Source: Eledone cirrhosa (lineage: Eukaryota). From it: a stretch of DNA of 64,000 bases. The notes below the pieces were generated by a model. That model did not search any database and had not been told where the DNA came from. It saw only the letters and a program-made list of their open reading frames with translations. The stretch lies in NCBI GenBank assembly GCA_964016885.1, contig OZ024742.1:327980001-328044000 (forward strand). The letters are read 5' to 3'. Each line of letters starts with the position of its first letter. Position 1 is the stretch's first letter. Shown piece after piece: positions 27,601-40,546 of the stretch. The translations under genes were made by a program, and so were the position numbers.

Positions 27601-28250
27601 CTAGCCCGTCAGCATTCATCTCCTCAGTGGCCTATCTCTGTTCCAGGTACTATTTATTTCAGCATTCAGATCATTGTCTGCTTCGGGTGGTTCCTCCGTT
27701 CTCTCGACCTCTTCACCTTCATTTCCCACTGGCTCGTTTGCCTGACATACTCCACTCTCCATCTCCAAGCTAATCTCTCTGCTCAGTTCCTCCAGTTCCA
27801 CCTCGCTTATCCACCCATTAGTTCTTATTACCGGAGCCTGCCCGGCCAATTTTTGTTCATCTAATTTAAATAGACCAATCTCGTTCCAGATGTTATGCAT
27901 CCGTTTCCTATAGCCTTTCTCCTTGTGGTTACTCTTCAGGTAACATTGCATAACAGTTCTATTCAATTCTTTCGTCCAGTTGATTCTGGTGCCTTTCCTT
28001 CTTCTTCTTCCTCCGACACCAGCAGTATTTGGTTGACAGCCAGGTCCCTGCTGCTGAGCCAGGGAGCACCTGTTGGATGAGAGTCTGTCACATGACATTT
28101 TAGTCTCCATTTCACCGTTATTCGAACTGTTTAGGTTCGACATTTAAACACTCTTATCGAGGATTGGCGAATGGTTACATAACCACCGGTGAATTCATCG
28201 TCTCCGGTAGTTTCGTCACTCCACGTGACCTTTGTGTGGCATTATCACGC
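24650..28250 (-). mobile_element. R4/Dong-clade non-LTR retrotransposon (RT + restriction-like endonuclease), degenerate, (TAA)n 3' flank
   Basis: Single disrupted ORF with RT and CCHC/PD-(D/E)xK domains; 3' end runs into (TAA)n at about 24618-24648. Confidence 0.88.
24726..28143 (-). pseudogene. R4/Dong RT-RLE polyprotein, frameshifted
   Basis: WKSPGPD, YRPITCL, EQKGCRK, WIDYKKAFDMVPH, GIFQGNSLSPLLF, LFMDELK; CRICGEREETVAHIVSEC...RHD...WDFRIQT...NRPDLVV...IVDVACPFD; ends LQKACLLGTARTLRIVLNI. Confidence 0.88.
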
Positions 28251-28749
28251 TGTAGACGAACACAAATAAACAAACAAACAAACAGGCAGAAAAAAAACCC
28301 CAAAATGAATAAGCATAAGTTTCATTGTAATGTAGTGTTTGAATGTCTGACTTAGTTTTTCCCTTCCCTTCTCTGTCCGTATGTTTGTTTTTCTCTTCAT
28401 TCTTATTTTCTTTACGTTTTTCGTTGTTGCTGTGCTGCTTTTATTTTTATTTATTTTTTTTTTTATTTGACCGGGTCATCAATTCAGTCTATTTATATAT
28501 TTTGATGCCTTCCTCTTTTAGTGAGAATTCTACAATGTAGCAGGGGCTAGCGGGAGAGAATAGCGGCGGTAGTGATAATGAGGCAGTGGTGGTGGTGGTG
28601 GCGGTGCTGTGCTAGCAGCAACTAGCAGGAGGTAGTGGGAGAGAATAGCGGCGGCAGCGATAATGAGGCAGTGGTGGTGGTGATGTGGTCGTATTACTGT
28701 AGTGATGGTGTTGAAGTTGGAGTAGAATTATTATTATTATTATTATTAC

Positions 28750-29252
28750 AGTTGCATTTATCTTGCTTTATGTTCATACGAGTTATCACCAAGTCACAAC
28801 CAGTGACCTCAAGAGACAACAAGGTCCGCCATGTTCAAGAAAGAACATACATACTCACACATGCATCTTTAGTGTTTAGACTTGTGATGTACTTATATTG
28901 ACAGAATCTTCCTTAGTATATGGGCAGTTCCCATTAGTACTATCTTTTGTATTTCTCCTATACGCGGGTTTCCTGGGATTTGCGATAAGTAATCATTAGA
29001 CCCCTTAGGTATCATTCCCAGAGCGCTTACAACCACTGGTATTGTTTTAGTTCTCAATTTCCACATTTTTCCAATTTCTATCTCCAGGTCCTTATACTTG
29101 CTCAATTTTTCAAATGTTTTTATAAATACATTCTTGTCTATTGGAACAGACATATCAATTAGCAGGCATACCCTCTTTTTAAAGTCCTTCAATATTATAT
29201 CAGGTCTATTTGTATCTAGTTTTCGGTCTGTTTGGATGCTAAAGTTCCACAA
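28750..29252 (-). mobile_element. 5'-truncated R4/Dong-like copy (RLE C-terminus + 3' UTR) inserted in (TAA)n
   Basis: WNFSIQTDRKLDTNRPDIIL...LIDMSVP...EKLSKYKDL...IQKIVLMGTAHILRKIL; (TTA)n on both sides (28729-28748, 29253-29273). Confidence 0.85.
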
Positions 29253-29489
29253 GATTATTATTATTATTATTATTGAATGCCATGGTTGACGAAGGCTCGG
29301 CTCTGTAGGGTATAGTCATTTTTAACCGTTAAAACAATTGTAAATTGTTTAAAACTTGAACCAAATTGTTGATAAAGACACCCTCCTCCTCGTGAGAGGG
29401 GTCTTTCTGTCCGTTATTTGGCCCTTCGGGGTTAAATAACCAGTTATTGGGGTTTTGTACCCAATATTCATTTTAAACAAAAAAACAAC

Positions 29490-31616
29490 ATGGCTACGAA
29501 AAAGAAATTTCATACGTCACTCCCACTCATTCCGTCTTCTTCTTCCTCAATCATCACTACAGCAGAGAGGAGATTGTCTCTCTCCCTCCCTTCTTTAAAT
29601 GTGTCTCTCTCCCTCCCTTCTCTTTCGCAAGTGACGAAAGAAAAGAAAAGTCTCGTGCAAAGCGTGCAAGGTTTCTCCACGACGACGACGACAGCGACGA
29701 AACAGGTGTGCGGGAAATACGAAAACCCAGTTCATTCGTCTGACGTCAGGAATAATAGCAGTAGCAGCCGTAATAACAACAGCAACAGTGACAATGAAAA
29801 CAACAGTAGCAGCCGCAACAGCATCACCAGCAGCATAAACAACAACAGCATTAGCAGCAGCAACACCAACAACAACCACAGCAACAGCGGCGGAGGCAGT
29901 AGTCGTAGTACCTGCAGCAACAACAAAAGTACCAGCAGCTCTGACGACAACAACAACAATAGCAGCAAAGAAAAACCAATCTCATTTGCAAGCATTGCGA
30001 AAAACTTGGAAACAATCCTCATAACAAATGAGGAATTAGAGGAAGCGAAGAAGATGGTGACAAAGAATGGACACCGAGCAATCTGCAAGGCAGCGGAAAA
30101 ATTTTTCGAAACCCAACAGCACTGTACGGTCACGTACCGTACAGTAAGTACAAAATCCCGTAGGGTGGAAAGAGCCACAGAGGCTCAGATACAAAAAGCC
30201 TTGGGGTTTGTGTGGCAGCGGAAAACGCACATCACCCGAGGCAAAAAATATGCCACCGTAGACGTACTTTTTGCCACACCCCAGGAGGCAAAGGCCCAAT
30301 CAGTAGTGACCCTAAGGAGCGAGGAAATGGTGTTGGTGCCCTCCTACTGCGGGCAAAAAATTGTGAGGGTCAAACTGACCCACGTCCCCCCCCGGAATGG
30401 CCCCTTCTTGGCTGGCCACGTCTGTCCTCGTCGGAATCGAGGACAAAACAACTGTACTGCAAGTACAGAAAAAAGTAAGATAAGATTGGGTCGGCACCTC
30501 CATTGAGATGCTAATCCAAACCAACCAGGAGTGCATCGAAGCTATCCCGGATGTGATAGACTTCGATAACGGCACTCAACTGCCCATAAGTGTTGAGGGC
30601 AAACGCCCGAAATGCTTTCGCTGTGGATCGAAGACTCACCCCAGGGCCTTCTGCAACGAGAAGACCCTGAGAAAGGAGAAAACCCCCCTCCTTCCGAATC
30701 CGGCTCCACGGCTACCAGCAACAGGACAAGCGGCAACCAGGAACGATAGGTCCGTGGCACCCATACCCACGCCACGGAAATCAAAAACAGCAGCAGCAGT
30801 GGAAATATTAACAACAACAACAGCAATACCAAATGCAGCTGCAACAGAGACTCCAGTGCAAAGATCACCAACAACAACAACAAGTGAAAGAGTGGAGCTG
30901 GTACCCCTCCCCGACCTCACAGAATCAGACATGGAGTGTGAGGTGGGAGAGGGATGGCAAAACGTCGTAAGAAGGCACAAATGCAGAAGCAGCGCATCGT
31001 CGCCTTTGAAAAGGGAGGAAAGAAATGAGAAAAGGGTAAAGTCTACTGCAAAGAGACCCACAGCAGAAACACCACCAACACCATCACCGCCCACACTAGC
31101 ACCACCATCACCACCGGCGACAACCCCACCGCCAACAACACCTTCAACACCACCACCACAAGCACCAACATCGCAAACACAACAACAAAACACACACACC
31201 CAGCAACAACGACAAGAAAATAGCAGAACCACACCCCACCCCCAGAAAAACAAATGCACAACAAGAAACTAATGACTTACATAATTGAACACACAGACAT
31301 TTCACAACAGGACTACATAATACCAGCACCAATCAAAACGCCAACTAACATAACACTGCTAAAAATAGCACAGAAACAATACACAAACATTAAAACGAAA
31401 TTCACCAACGCCGTTGGTGATTTCAGGGACCTAGGAGGAACCATCAATCGAAGAGTATATTCAGACATTCTCTTAGAAGAGCCGACGACCAGCCGAAGGG
31501 ACGATTCAACGGTCCCTTCACCAGACGATCAAGTGAAAAGGGATGTAAAAAACCATCCCTCCTCTACCAAAAGTACGGTAAGTGGTCTTTCCCATCTTTT
31601 CCACTCTATTTTAAAC
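29490..31616 (+). pseudogene. Tx1-like ORF1 (Gag-like, CCHC zinc knuckle), frameshifted
   Basis: Ser/Asn low-complexity N-terminus, SFASIAK, VRVKLTHVPP, VEGKRPKCFRCGSKTHPRAFC, WQNVVRR; frameshift near 30390 and further breaks. Confidence 0.75.
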
Positions 31617-34600
31617 ATGACCTCACTCAGAATAGGCAGCATAAATGCGCGTGGCTTGGGTCGTCATGGAAGCAGGGTCACCTGCTCAACGACCTCAGGT
31701 CACTAAACATAGATGTAGTGGCCATCAGCGAGACCAGAATCTCCGAAGCACGGGCCTTCGCACCGATCTTCGGCGGCTACGATGTGTACGCATCTCCCAG
31801 CCGTCCTGGATCGGGTGGAGGAGTTGCTGTGCTTTTTCGGAGAGGTTTGGATCTCGCCATACGGGCCATCTTCCTGGACCCAGAGTGTAAGCTGGTGGTG
31901 CTGGACGTGACCAGCGGAGACGGGCAAGCTTTCAGGCTAGTGGCCGTCTATGCCCCGACAGGAGCAGGGCGGCCTGATTTCTTCCGGCGTCTGGAGACCT
32001 TTCTTGGAACGTCCCGCTCTTTAGTGTTAGTGGGCGACTGGAACGGGATCTTAGATGCACGCTGGGACTGTGTGGGATTAGCGGATAGGGGTGGAGGGTG
32101 CAAGAGCCTCACCAACCTGCTCAGGCGTTTTGAACTGTCTGACAGCTACCGATTGGATTTCCCGAATGTGCCAATGTGGACTTGGACAAATCGCATAGGG
32201 TCATCCAGATCATATCTAGATAGAGTATTTTGTAGGGAAATAGATAGGTCTAGCATAGGCTGTCCACAATTCAAGATAGTCAGCTACACGGACCACAAAT
32301 TCGTGATCTGTGTGCTTGACTTAGATAGGCTTCATAGACGAGGACCCGGCTACTGGAAGCTAAACGCGTCCTTACCAGCGCGCAAGGCCTACAGAGACCG
32401 GATTAGCGAACTAGTTAAGCGGGCGTTGACGGGGGCCATCGTCAACAACAAGTGGTGGTTTGCTCTGAAAAGAGCGATTAGAATAGAATTGATTAGGTTT
32501 AGTAAGGCATTAGCAATAGAGAAAAATAGAGCAGAGGGAGAACTAGTTAGAAAATTAGACGAGGCGCTTAGAAAAGGCACTGCGACCGACGTGCTTGCGG
32601 CGAAATTGGCCCTTGACCAATTCTTCAATGCAAAGCACGAAGGCTGCGTTGTCAGAGCAAGGGTGCGTGCTCTCAGACACGAGGGGACGAAAGCCGTTCA
32701 AATGGCCCGAGTGGCGGAGGCGCGTCGTGGCAACAAAGCCACGATCCGGTCTTTGGTGGACCACGACGGGCGCATGCTACTCGATCCCGGGCAAATGTGT
32801 GAAGCTTTTCAGCGACACTTCGCTCAGCTGTTCAGGGGCAGCGGTGGGCCGGGTAGAGGGATGGACTTTAGTGTCTACCTCGACGGACTGCCGCGGCTCT
32901 CGGCCACTGAGGCGAAGTGTTGCGAAAAGCCGATAACAGCCGCTGAAGTACGGGAGGCAATGACTGGCTGCACAAGGGGTAAATCGCCTGGTTTGGATGG
33001 TCTGCCAAATGAACTTTACGTACAGATGCCAGACTTGTTCGGAGGCCTCTTGGCGGACGTCTACTGCAACTGGCAACGGAACGGGAGAATTCCCAGTTCT
33101 GTGAGCCGAGGAGCGGTGGCACTGCTGAGAAAGGATCCGAACAAGGGGGATAACATAGATAATTTTAGACCCATAACTCTGCTAAACACAGAGTTCAAGA
33201 TTTTGGCCAAGGTGCTAGCAAAGAGGTTGGCGCTTGTCGTTGGTGGTCTGGTGGGAGAGGCGCAGACATGCGCCATTCCCGACAGATCCATCCACGACAA
33301 CCTCCACCTCATGCGATACATCGTAGAGAGGGTAGCTAAGGAACCTGGCACGGGTGGGTCTTTGATCAATTTAGATCAGTCGAAAGCTTTCGATAGGGTC
33401 GACCATCGTTACCTAGCGGCAGTCCTGAGGGCGGCTGGCTTTGGGCCTGTCTTCAGAGGCTGGATCGCTGCCATGCACAGCGACATCTGCTCTGTGGTGA
33501 GAGTGAACGGTCACCTGTCGGAACCGTTCAACATCATGCGCTCGGTCCGCCAAGGATGACCCCTCTCGTCCCTCTTGTACGTATTGACTCTCGAGCCATT
33601 ACTGCACAAACTGGAGACGTTGAGGGGAGTCCCGCGCGAACTAGGATGCGGAAGATCCGTGTCAGCATATGCGGACGATGTCACCGTAGTGGTGTCGAAC
33701 GCCAAACACATCGAGGCGATCGGCACTACACTAAGAGAATACGAAGCGGTGACAGGAGCAATGATCAACCAGGAAAGTCAGTGGGCCTGCAGCTCGGCAC
33801 CTGGAGAGGCAGGTCCATGCCGTCCAACAGCGTCGTCGGACGCTGGACGGGCGGACCGGTTAAATTGCTAGGGGTCTGGTTCGGTCCGGACCTCCATACG
33901 GACAAAAACTGGGACGAGGTGACGAGCAGGGTGGCTTCTCTCACCCAGAAATGGGCGGAGAGGAAGCTATCCCTGAAAGGTCGAGCGGAGGTGGCTAACG
34001 CGTACATCGCGTCTGTCATCTGCTACCGCCTGACCGTCGTACCTTGTCCTAAGCCTCGCCTGACTGCGCTGGAGCGTTTGCTCTTTCGCTTTTTGTGGAA
34101 GTGACGCGCTCCGATGGTCAGGCGGTCCATCTGTTGTCAACCCACGCTACGTGGAGGGCTGGACATGCCGTGGCTGATGATGTGCAGGCACGCGCTCAGG
34201 CTACGACATCTCCACCTCTTCCTCGACGGTGATCAGGTGTGGTCGCCGCTTGCTAGACACGTGTTTCCCCAGCTCGTCTCCGTGACGGAGCTGCAGTCCT
34301 GGGTCAAGCGAAGACCGAGAGGGAGCGCCTGGAGACTGGAATGACTTCAGGCGCTCACAGCCCTCGACCAATCGGGCAATCTGGTCGTTGGAAACTCCAC
34401 GTCGGAGTTCTATAGAGGATTAGTGGAGGGGAAGAGCGACGACGTTCTTGGGGAAACTCTAGGCGTCGACGAATATCACTAGCCAATCTCTTCGGAAGAA
34501 CTTTCTGGCAGGGGCCTATGGACAATTTCCAGAAATCTCTGGCCTGGCAGTGCTACCGAGGAGCCTTGCCAGTTCGGGATAAACTCTACAGGCATGGAAG

Positions 34601-35032
34601 TGCCGTCAACCGGGCATGTCCGAGATGCGCGCAGGGCGACGAAACCGTCCTGCACGCACTCGTCCAGTGTCCGAAAATTGCTGACTTGTGGGTTTATGTC
34701 GAACACCTGCTGTCGCGTGTAGGACGAATCCGGCTATCATCTGAGTCCATCGTGAGGATTGCCCCGCCCTCTTCCTATAGCCGGGAAGGGCAGGCAGTTT
34801 TTATCTGTCTGGTGGCCATGGCGAAAGAGATAGTATGGTGGACACGTTTGAAAGGGCTGAAGACGAGCACTTACTCTTCGGTGATGCTCTGATTGACTTT
34901 TTCAAATTTCATTTGAAAAGTAAAATCAGAGTAGAGGGGGAAGTGCTCTCTTCCCAGCATTTTGTTGAAAGATGGGTGAAAGAAGCAAGAATGGCCCGAG
35001 TGAATGGGCCTACTCTGAGTATATATCTGTAA
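31617..35032 (+). pseudogene. Tx1-like ORF2 (AP endonuclease, reverse transcriptase, C-terminal CCHC), disrupted
   Basis: SINARGL, ISETR, VYAP, GDWN, SYLDRVF, TDH; YWKLNAS; KSPGLDGLP, NFRPITLLN, LDQSKAFDRVDH, VRQG*PLS (stop at 33557), YADD; CPRCAQGDETVLHALVQC; several frameshifts and stops. Confidence 0.92.
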
Positions 35033-35557
35033 ATTAAAGGTGGAAAACTGGGAGAGGGCACTTGCCTTGGTTGTTAGGGTCATTGTGGCCTTTTACTGGG
35101 CTTTCTCTACAAATGTCCCTCCGAAGTCTCCCTCCTATTGGGGAATTTTTCATTGTTATTTTTTGTTACATCCTCTGTTTTTGTTTTTTACACGCAGAAA
35201 TGCCCATTTGTACCGTCCTGTATTGTCCTGCACAGTCCTTAATGTCTACTTTATGTAAACCCTTGTGGTTAATAAAGAAATCATTCTTCTTCTTCTTTTT
35301 CTTCTTCTTCTTCTTCTTGGGAGGATTATGTTCAGAGACGCCATCCAGAGGGACATACCAGAAGCAATCGTCTCTAAATACTCCGGCAAGTCCCCTAAAA
35401 CGAGACATGGATGTTATCCAACCATATGCTCGGAGTCTACCCCTGGGTCTACTTCCGGTTCACTGTTAATTCATAGATATGTCCAGCTCCCGGGTGTCTT
35501 GTTAGTCCTCAAAGGAACTGGAATCATACACACACACACGCACACACACGCACACAC

Positions 35558-35675
<118 letters not shown>

Positions 35676-35677
35676 GT

Positions 35678-35972
35678 ACGTTATTCCGGGTTGAATCGGG
35701 GGTAACCACAGTAAGTAAGGTACCCAATACATAGCAGAGTATAAATGTGTTAATATAGAAAAGCTTATACAGGACTAGACCTGTTTCATTCGTGAGAAAT
35801 CATCAGGAAACTGACTGTCCAAGTAAATGTGGTGGTATTTATATCTTTTCGTTTCTGGTGGTAGGAGAGGGTGGCAATTGGGATGGGTGGAGGTCATTGG
35901 TTGATGGATTTAAAGCTTCTTGATGATTTCTCACGAATGAAACAGTTCTAGTCCTGTAGAAGATTTTCTATA

Positions 35973-35980
<8 letters not shown>
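35678..35980. mobile_element. TA-inserted element with inverted hammerhead copies (35764-35810 minus; 35916-35962 plus)
   Basis: Consensus CTTC-CTGATGA-T TTC tcac GAA T-GAAACAGG tctagt CCTGTA-GAAG; full helix III, GUA triplet; each copy has one or two substitutions. Confidence 0.75.
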
Positions 35981-36017
<37 letters not shown>

Positions 36018-36129
36018 ATGTATATATATACATTATATATATATTTTATATATGTGGGCAGTGAATAGAATGTTTTTCAGTATTCGTTTCGGCTCTCTAC
36101 TCCCTCAGTTCAAATCCCTCTTTTACTCT

Positions 36130-36565
36130 GTGAACATGTCGCACATATCTCAGTAGCTGTCGAGTATACCAGACAGTTATTTCAAGATTCGTTAATTTCT
36201 CATCACTGACATTCAGCCAACCAGTAGCGGGATTAATATAGACTAGACCCCCTGTAGATTAATTAGCAGGAAGTATATACCTTCATATACACCCCTATTA
36301 TTCTTAACGCTATCTTAGTGCTATTGCCAAAAATTATAACCAGCCAAGTTAGCACTATATGCAAAAGAGTATTTACTATCGATATTTTCTGTTCTTCATA
36401 TTCCCAATGAGCACAGCCTGTTCATCGTATAAAATGTATATAGGGTCTAGTCTATTTTTATCTCGGTAGCGGCTGGGTGAATGTCTCTAATGAAAGACTA
36501 ACGAATCCTGAAACAGGTGTCTGGCATTCTAAACAGCTACTGAGATATATATGGCATTTTCACAG
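36130..36565. repeat. Old diverged inverted-repeat element (arms about 120 bp) with eroded hammerhead-like motif
   Basis: atatctcagtagctgt...gactagaccc pairs with gggtctagtc...acagctactgagatat; ctaatga...cctgaaac in the right arm. Confidence 0.55.
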
Positions 36566-36675
36566 GGTGAACGATAGAAATATGTTTTTATCACACCGAA
36601 GAAATAGCAAGGCTCTAAAATATGTATTGTATATAAACATAAAGTATATGCTATGATATATATATTTACATATCT

Positions 36676-36738
<63 letters not shown>

Positions 36739-37086
36739 AAATAACGAAACGAAATTAAATTTCAGTATTCGTTTCGGCTCTCTACTCCCTAACTTAATTA
36801 TATATATATATATATATCAGTATTCAAACAGAACTTAAAACGATGAGTTCTTGTTTTTGGATATGTCACTATCTATAAAAGAACTTTTGTACTTTATCTG
36901 ATGAGTGCGTACCAAACATTTTGGTACCCTTGAATTATATATAATAAAATAAATATGGTTTTATAAAGATTGTTTCCATTTATTAATATTATTGATATTA
37001 TACTCCAGAAGAAAATACTGTAGAGTGCTTTGAATCTGTTATAAATAAATTTGTTGAATAACGAACAAATTAAATAATTCTTTACT

Positions 37087-37120
<34 letters not shown>

Positions 37121-37129
37121 TACACATAT

Positions 37130-37197
<68 letters not shown>

Positions 37198-38079
37198 CAT
37201 ACATATATATATATACGGACACATAATCTTACTCACGTGTGTGTGCATACTAGATTTTCTGTGTGTGAATCAGTGAATGCGTGAAATTGCGGTAATATGT
37301 TTGGTCTTTGGTTTTGTCGCTACTTTCCTCAGTACCCCGTGGTGAAACCTCCGTGTTTCATCTCAGATTATAGAAGTACGTGCCGACCCTGTAATACCAT
37401 AGATTATGATAGTGCAAGACACACACACACACATCAAAAATATCGTATAGAGGTAAGTCTATCATACCAGTCAGGCGTATGTTACTGTGATGTATCACCA
37501 TTGAAACCATTCACTCATGCACACAGTCGTACATAACACATTGACACACATATATAGACTCCGACCCCTAACACGCACATTATAACAGGGTTTGCACTTC
37601 TTTATAAGCAGGCTCATCTGATATGATATTGGGCATTGAACTGAACATTATAGGTTTGGTGGTTGTGATGGTAGTGTTGGCTGTTGTAGTGGTAGTGGTG
37701 GTTGTGATGATAGTGTTGGCTGTTGTGGTAGTGGTAGTTGTGATGATAGTGTTGGCTGTTGTAGTGGTAGTGGTGGTTGTGCTAAAGTCGGTGAGGACGG
37801 TGGCTGTGGTGTTGGTGATAATGATGGTGTGCATGCTAACGAACGTGGTTGTGTTGTCGTTGGTGATAGCTGTCTTATCTGTGATAATGGTTATGGTAGT
37901 ATTGTTGTTGTGGATGGTAGTGATGGTGATCGTATGAGTGGTCAGAGGTGGGGGTGGGTGATGGTTATATTTGTGGTGTATATAATGTTGGACCTAATGA
38001 CAGTAAACTGTTATGGCACTGAAATTGTGTGTGTGTGGTGCTGTTAACATATAAATGCTTGATGGTGAAACTGGTGGTA

Positions 38080-38285
<206 letters not shown>

Positions 38286-38330
38286 AGACTCACGCACGCA
38301 AACCCAATATATATATATATATATACATAT

Positions 38331-38396
<66 letters not shown>

Positions 38397-38487
38397 TAAA
38401 ATTGCTCTATTGTTCTTATATATTTGATATATATTTATCCTTATCGAGCCCTCTTTGGATTTTAGTCTTCAAATTTATTATTATTAC

Positions 38488-38542
<55 letters not shown>

Positions 38543-39274
38543 TACCGCAAAAATGTTTAGAATGATGGTTTAAAAAGGTGAGAGGTGAAACACATGAACA
38601 CAGCATCTCTACTGCTTTGCTGTTTTTGTTTGAAAAGCTCCCCAGTCAGTCCCCAAAGAGGTGCATAACATTTCAGCCAAGAAAATATACGAAGAAAAAA
38701 ATATGTAGGAACTCAGGAATTCTACTAAATACACACAAAACATATTAGGGTGAAATTACACTTAATGTTATCTAGCTTCTTTTTTTAACGTGTTTAGGGA
38801 TTTCTAATTCAAGTAAAAAGCCAACAAATTTGGATAGATGTGTTCCGCCATGTTTAAATGCTTTTGAAACTCATAATGTCCGAAGAGTTCTTTATCACAC
38901 TACCAGGAATAAAAGGGTCTCTATGCTGATGATGAAGAAATGTAATCATATGTTGTGTATGGTATACTAATTGTTGAATTAGAAACACCCACAACAAACT
39001 TATAGTCTGGCGAGAGAGAAGTTAACTTCACATCAGAAACCTGGCTAAAATATTTACAAAATCGGATGCCACTGCGTCAAACAACTGTCAAATGGTGATT
39101 TTAAATCAGATACCATATTTAAACTACTACCAAAGAAGCGGGATTTTCCGTCTAGCAAATTTTACTTACTCGGCATAGGTCAGCCCAACGACTCTTCATC
39201 ACTTGATTTCTTGATCAATTGATGGTATTGTCATACAGAAGAATTGAACAACACAAATTCCCATAATTTACCAT

Positions 39275-39800
39275 ACAACCAGGCTTCCCTTCCCAGCTCG
39301 AGCCGGTGGGGCTGGATCGAGGGGACGGCAAAAGGTCAGATGGTATGACCATCTTCCCGTTGGCAAACCCCTCGTCTGGGATGCCACTTGCACCGACACT
39401 TTCTGCAGCCGCAACCTGGTGCAGTCTGCGACTGACTCAGGTTCTGCTGCACGTCGGGCTGAGGGGGCCAAACTCCTCAAATACCGGTCGCTTTCCGACA
39501 GGTTTGCGGTCGTACCCCTGGCAGTGGAGACTTCTGGTATCTCGGCCCCAAGGCTACCTCCTTACTCACCACAATAGGCGCTGAGCTGGCCAGCCGCAGG
39601 TGTGAGCCCCGCGAGTTGGAGTGGCTTTTCCAGCGCGTCTCCCTCGCCGTCCCCCGGGGAAACGCCTTCTCCATTCTGTCCGCCGGGGCTGTGGGTGGGC
39701 CCCATCGCGTACCGTTGTAGTTGTTGTAGAAGAAACAGGAAGACAACAACTGGAAAGTTTGATTTTCTTCCTTGTGATTGTTTGATGTTTATTTTATATA
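39275..39800 (+). mobile_element. CRE-clade-like non-LTR retrotransposon 3' fragment (RLE domain)
   Basis: GC-rich island. Frames give GLDRGDGKRSDGMTIFP, KPLVWDATCTDT, VPLAVETSG and EWLFQRVSLAVPRGNAFSILSA. Confidence 0.75.
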
Positions 39801-39805
39801 TATTT

Positions 39806-39836
39806 ACTAGCATTAAAGCCCGGCGTTGCTCGAGGT
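39806..39836 (-). mobile_element. Helitron-like 3' terminus
   Basis: Minus strand cctcgagcaacgccggg (imperfect GC hairpin) followed by ctttaatgCTAGt. Confidence 0.45.
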
Positions 39837-40089
39837 CATTAAGTTACCAAAGTTAGGTTGCACCACCCATTTTATGGCAGCACTTTTTTGTCTGCCAGGC
39901 AGTGGGTGAATGAATTGCAGACCTGGAAGCATGAGCTGCGCCAGCAGTGACAATTGTAGTTTCACCTATGGATATTATCTCTGTGCAAAAAAGTGTTGAA
40001 ATTTATTGTTTCACAGTACTTGCGCAACACGCACGTAGACGATGCCAGCCGAACAACAGAGCTGTGATGGAGTTGTTCTGCATGGTTGT

Positions 40090-40546
40090 CTGTGTGTTTT
40101 CTAAATTTAAGACAGTAGGGAGGGTTGTGATATGAGGGAGAGTTAGCTGTTGTTTCTAGCTGGTTTATTGACCTCATAGAGGATATGTGTTTTCTAAATT
40201 TAAGACAGTAGGGAGTGGCGTGATATGGGGGAGAGTTAGCTGCTGTTTCTAGCAGGTTTAGTGACTTCATAGAAGATATGTTTTCTAAATTTAAGACAGT
40301 AGGGAGGGGTGTGGTTTGGGGGAGAGTTAGCTGCTGTTTCTAGCAGGTTTAGTAACCTCATAGAGGATTTGTGTTTTCTAAATTTAAGACAGTAGCGAGT
40401 GGTGTGATATGGGGGAGAGTTAGCTGCTGTTTCTAGCAGGTTTAGTGACCTCATAGAAGATGTTTTCTAAATTTAAGACAGTAGTGAGGGGTGTGGTTTG
40501 GGGGAGAGTTAGCTGCTGTTTCTAGCAGGTTTAGTGACCTCATAGA
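40090..40546. repeat. Five diverged tandem copies of a roughly 90-bp unit
   Basis: ttttctaaatttaagacagtag...ggagagttagctgctgtttctagcaggtttagtgacctcatag repeated five times. Confidence 0.9.

Larger units (their letters stand above)
29274..35286 (+). mobile_element. Near full-length Tx1/L1-clade LINE (ORF1 with zinc knuckle; ORF2 APE-RT-zinc finger), degenerate
   Basis: GC-rich island with two ORFs; starts right after (ATT)n and ends AATAAAGAAATCATT. Confidence 0.9.

Noticed and set aside
33557-33559. In-frame TGA at a conserved Cys (VRQG*PLS) as possible selenocysteine or readthrough
   Set aside because: The same ORF has several other stops and frameshifts, so a TGY to TGA decay mutation is the simpler explanation.
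38545-39270. Possible host exon(s) in complex non-repetitive stretches (also 46250-46600, 56100-56450, 61480-62050)
   Set aside because: No sustained ORF, recognisable domain or convincing splice-site pair; needs RNA-seq or a homology search.
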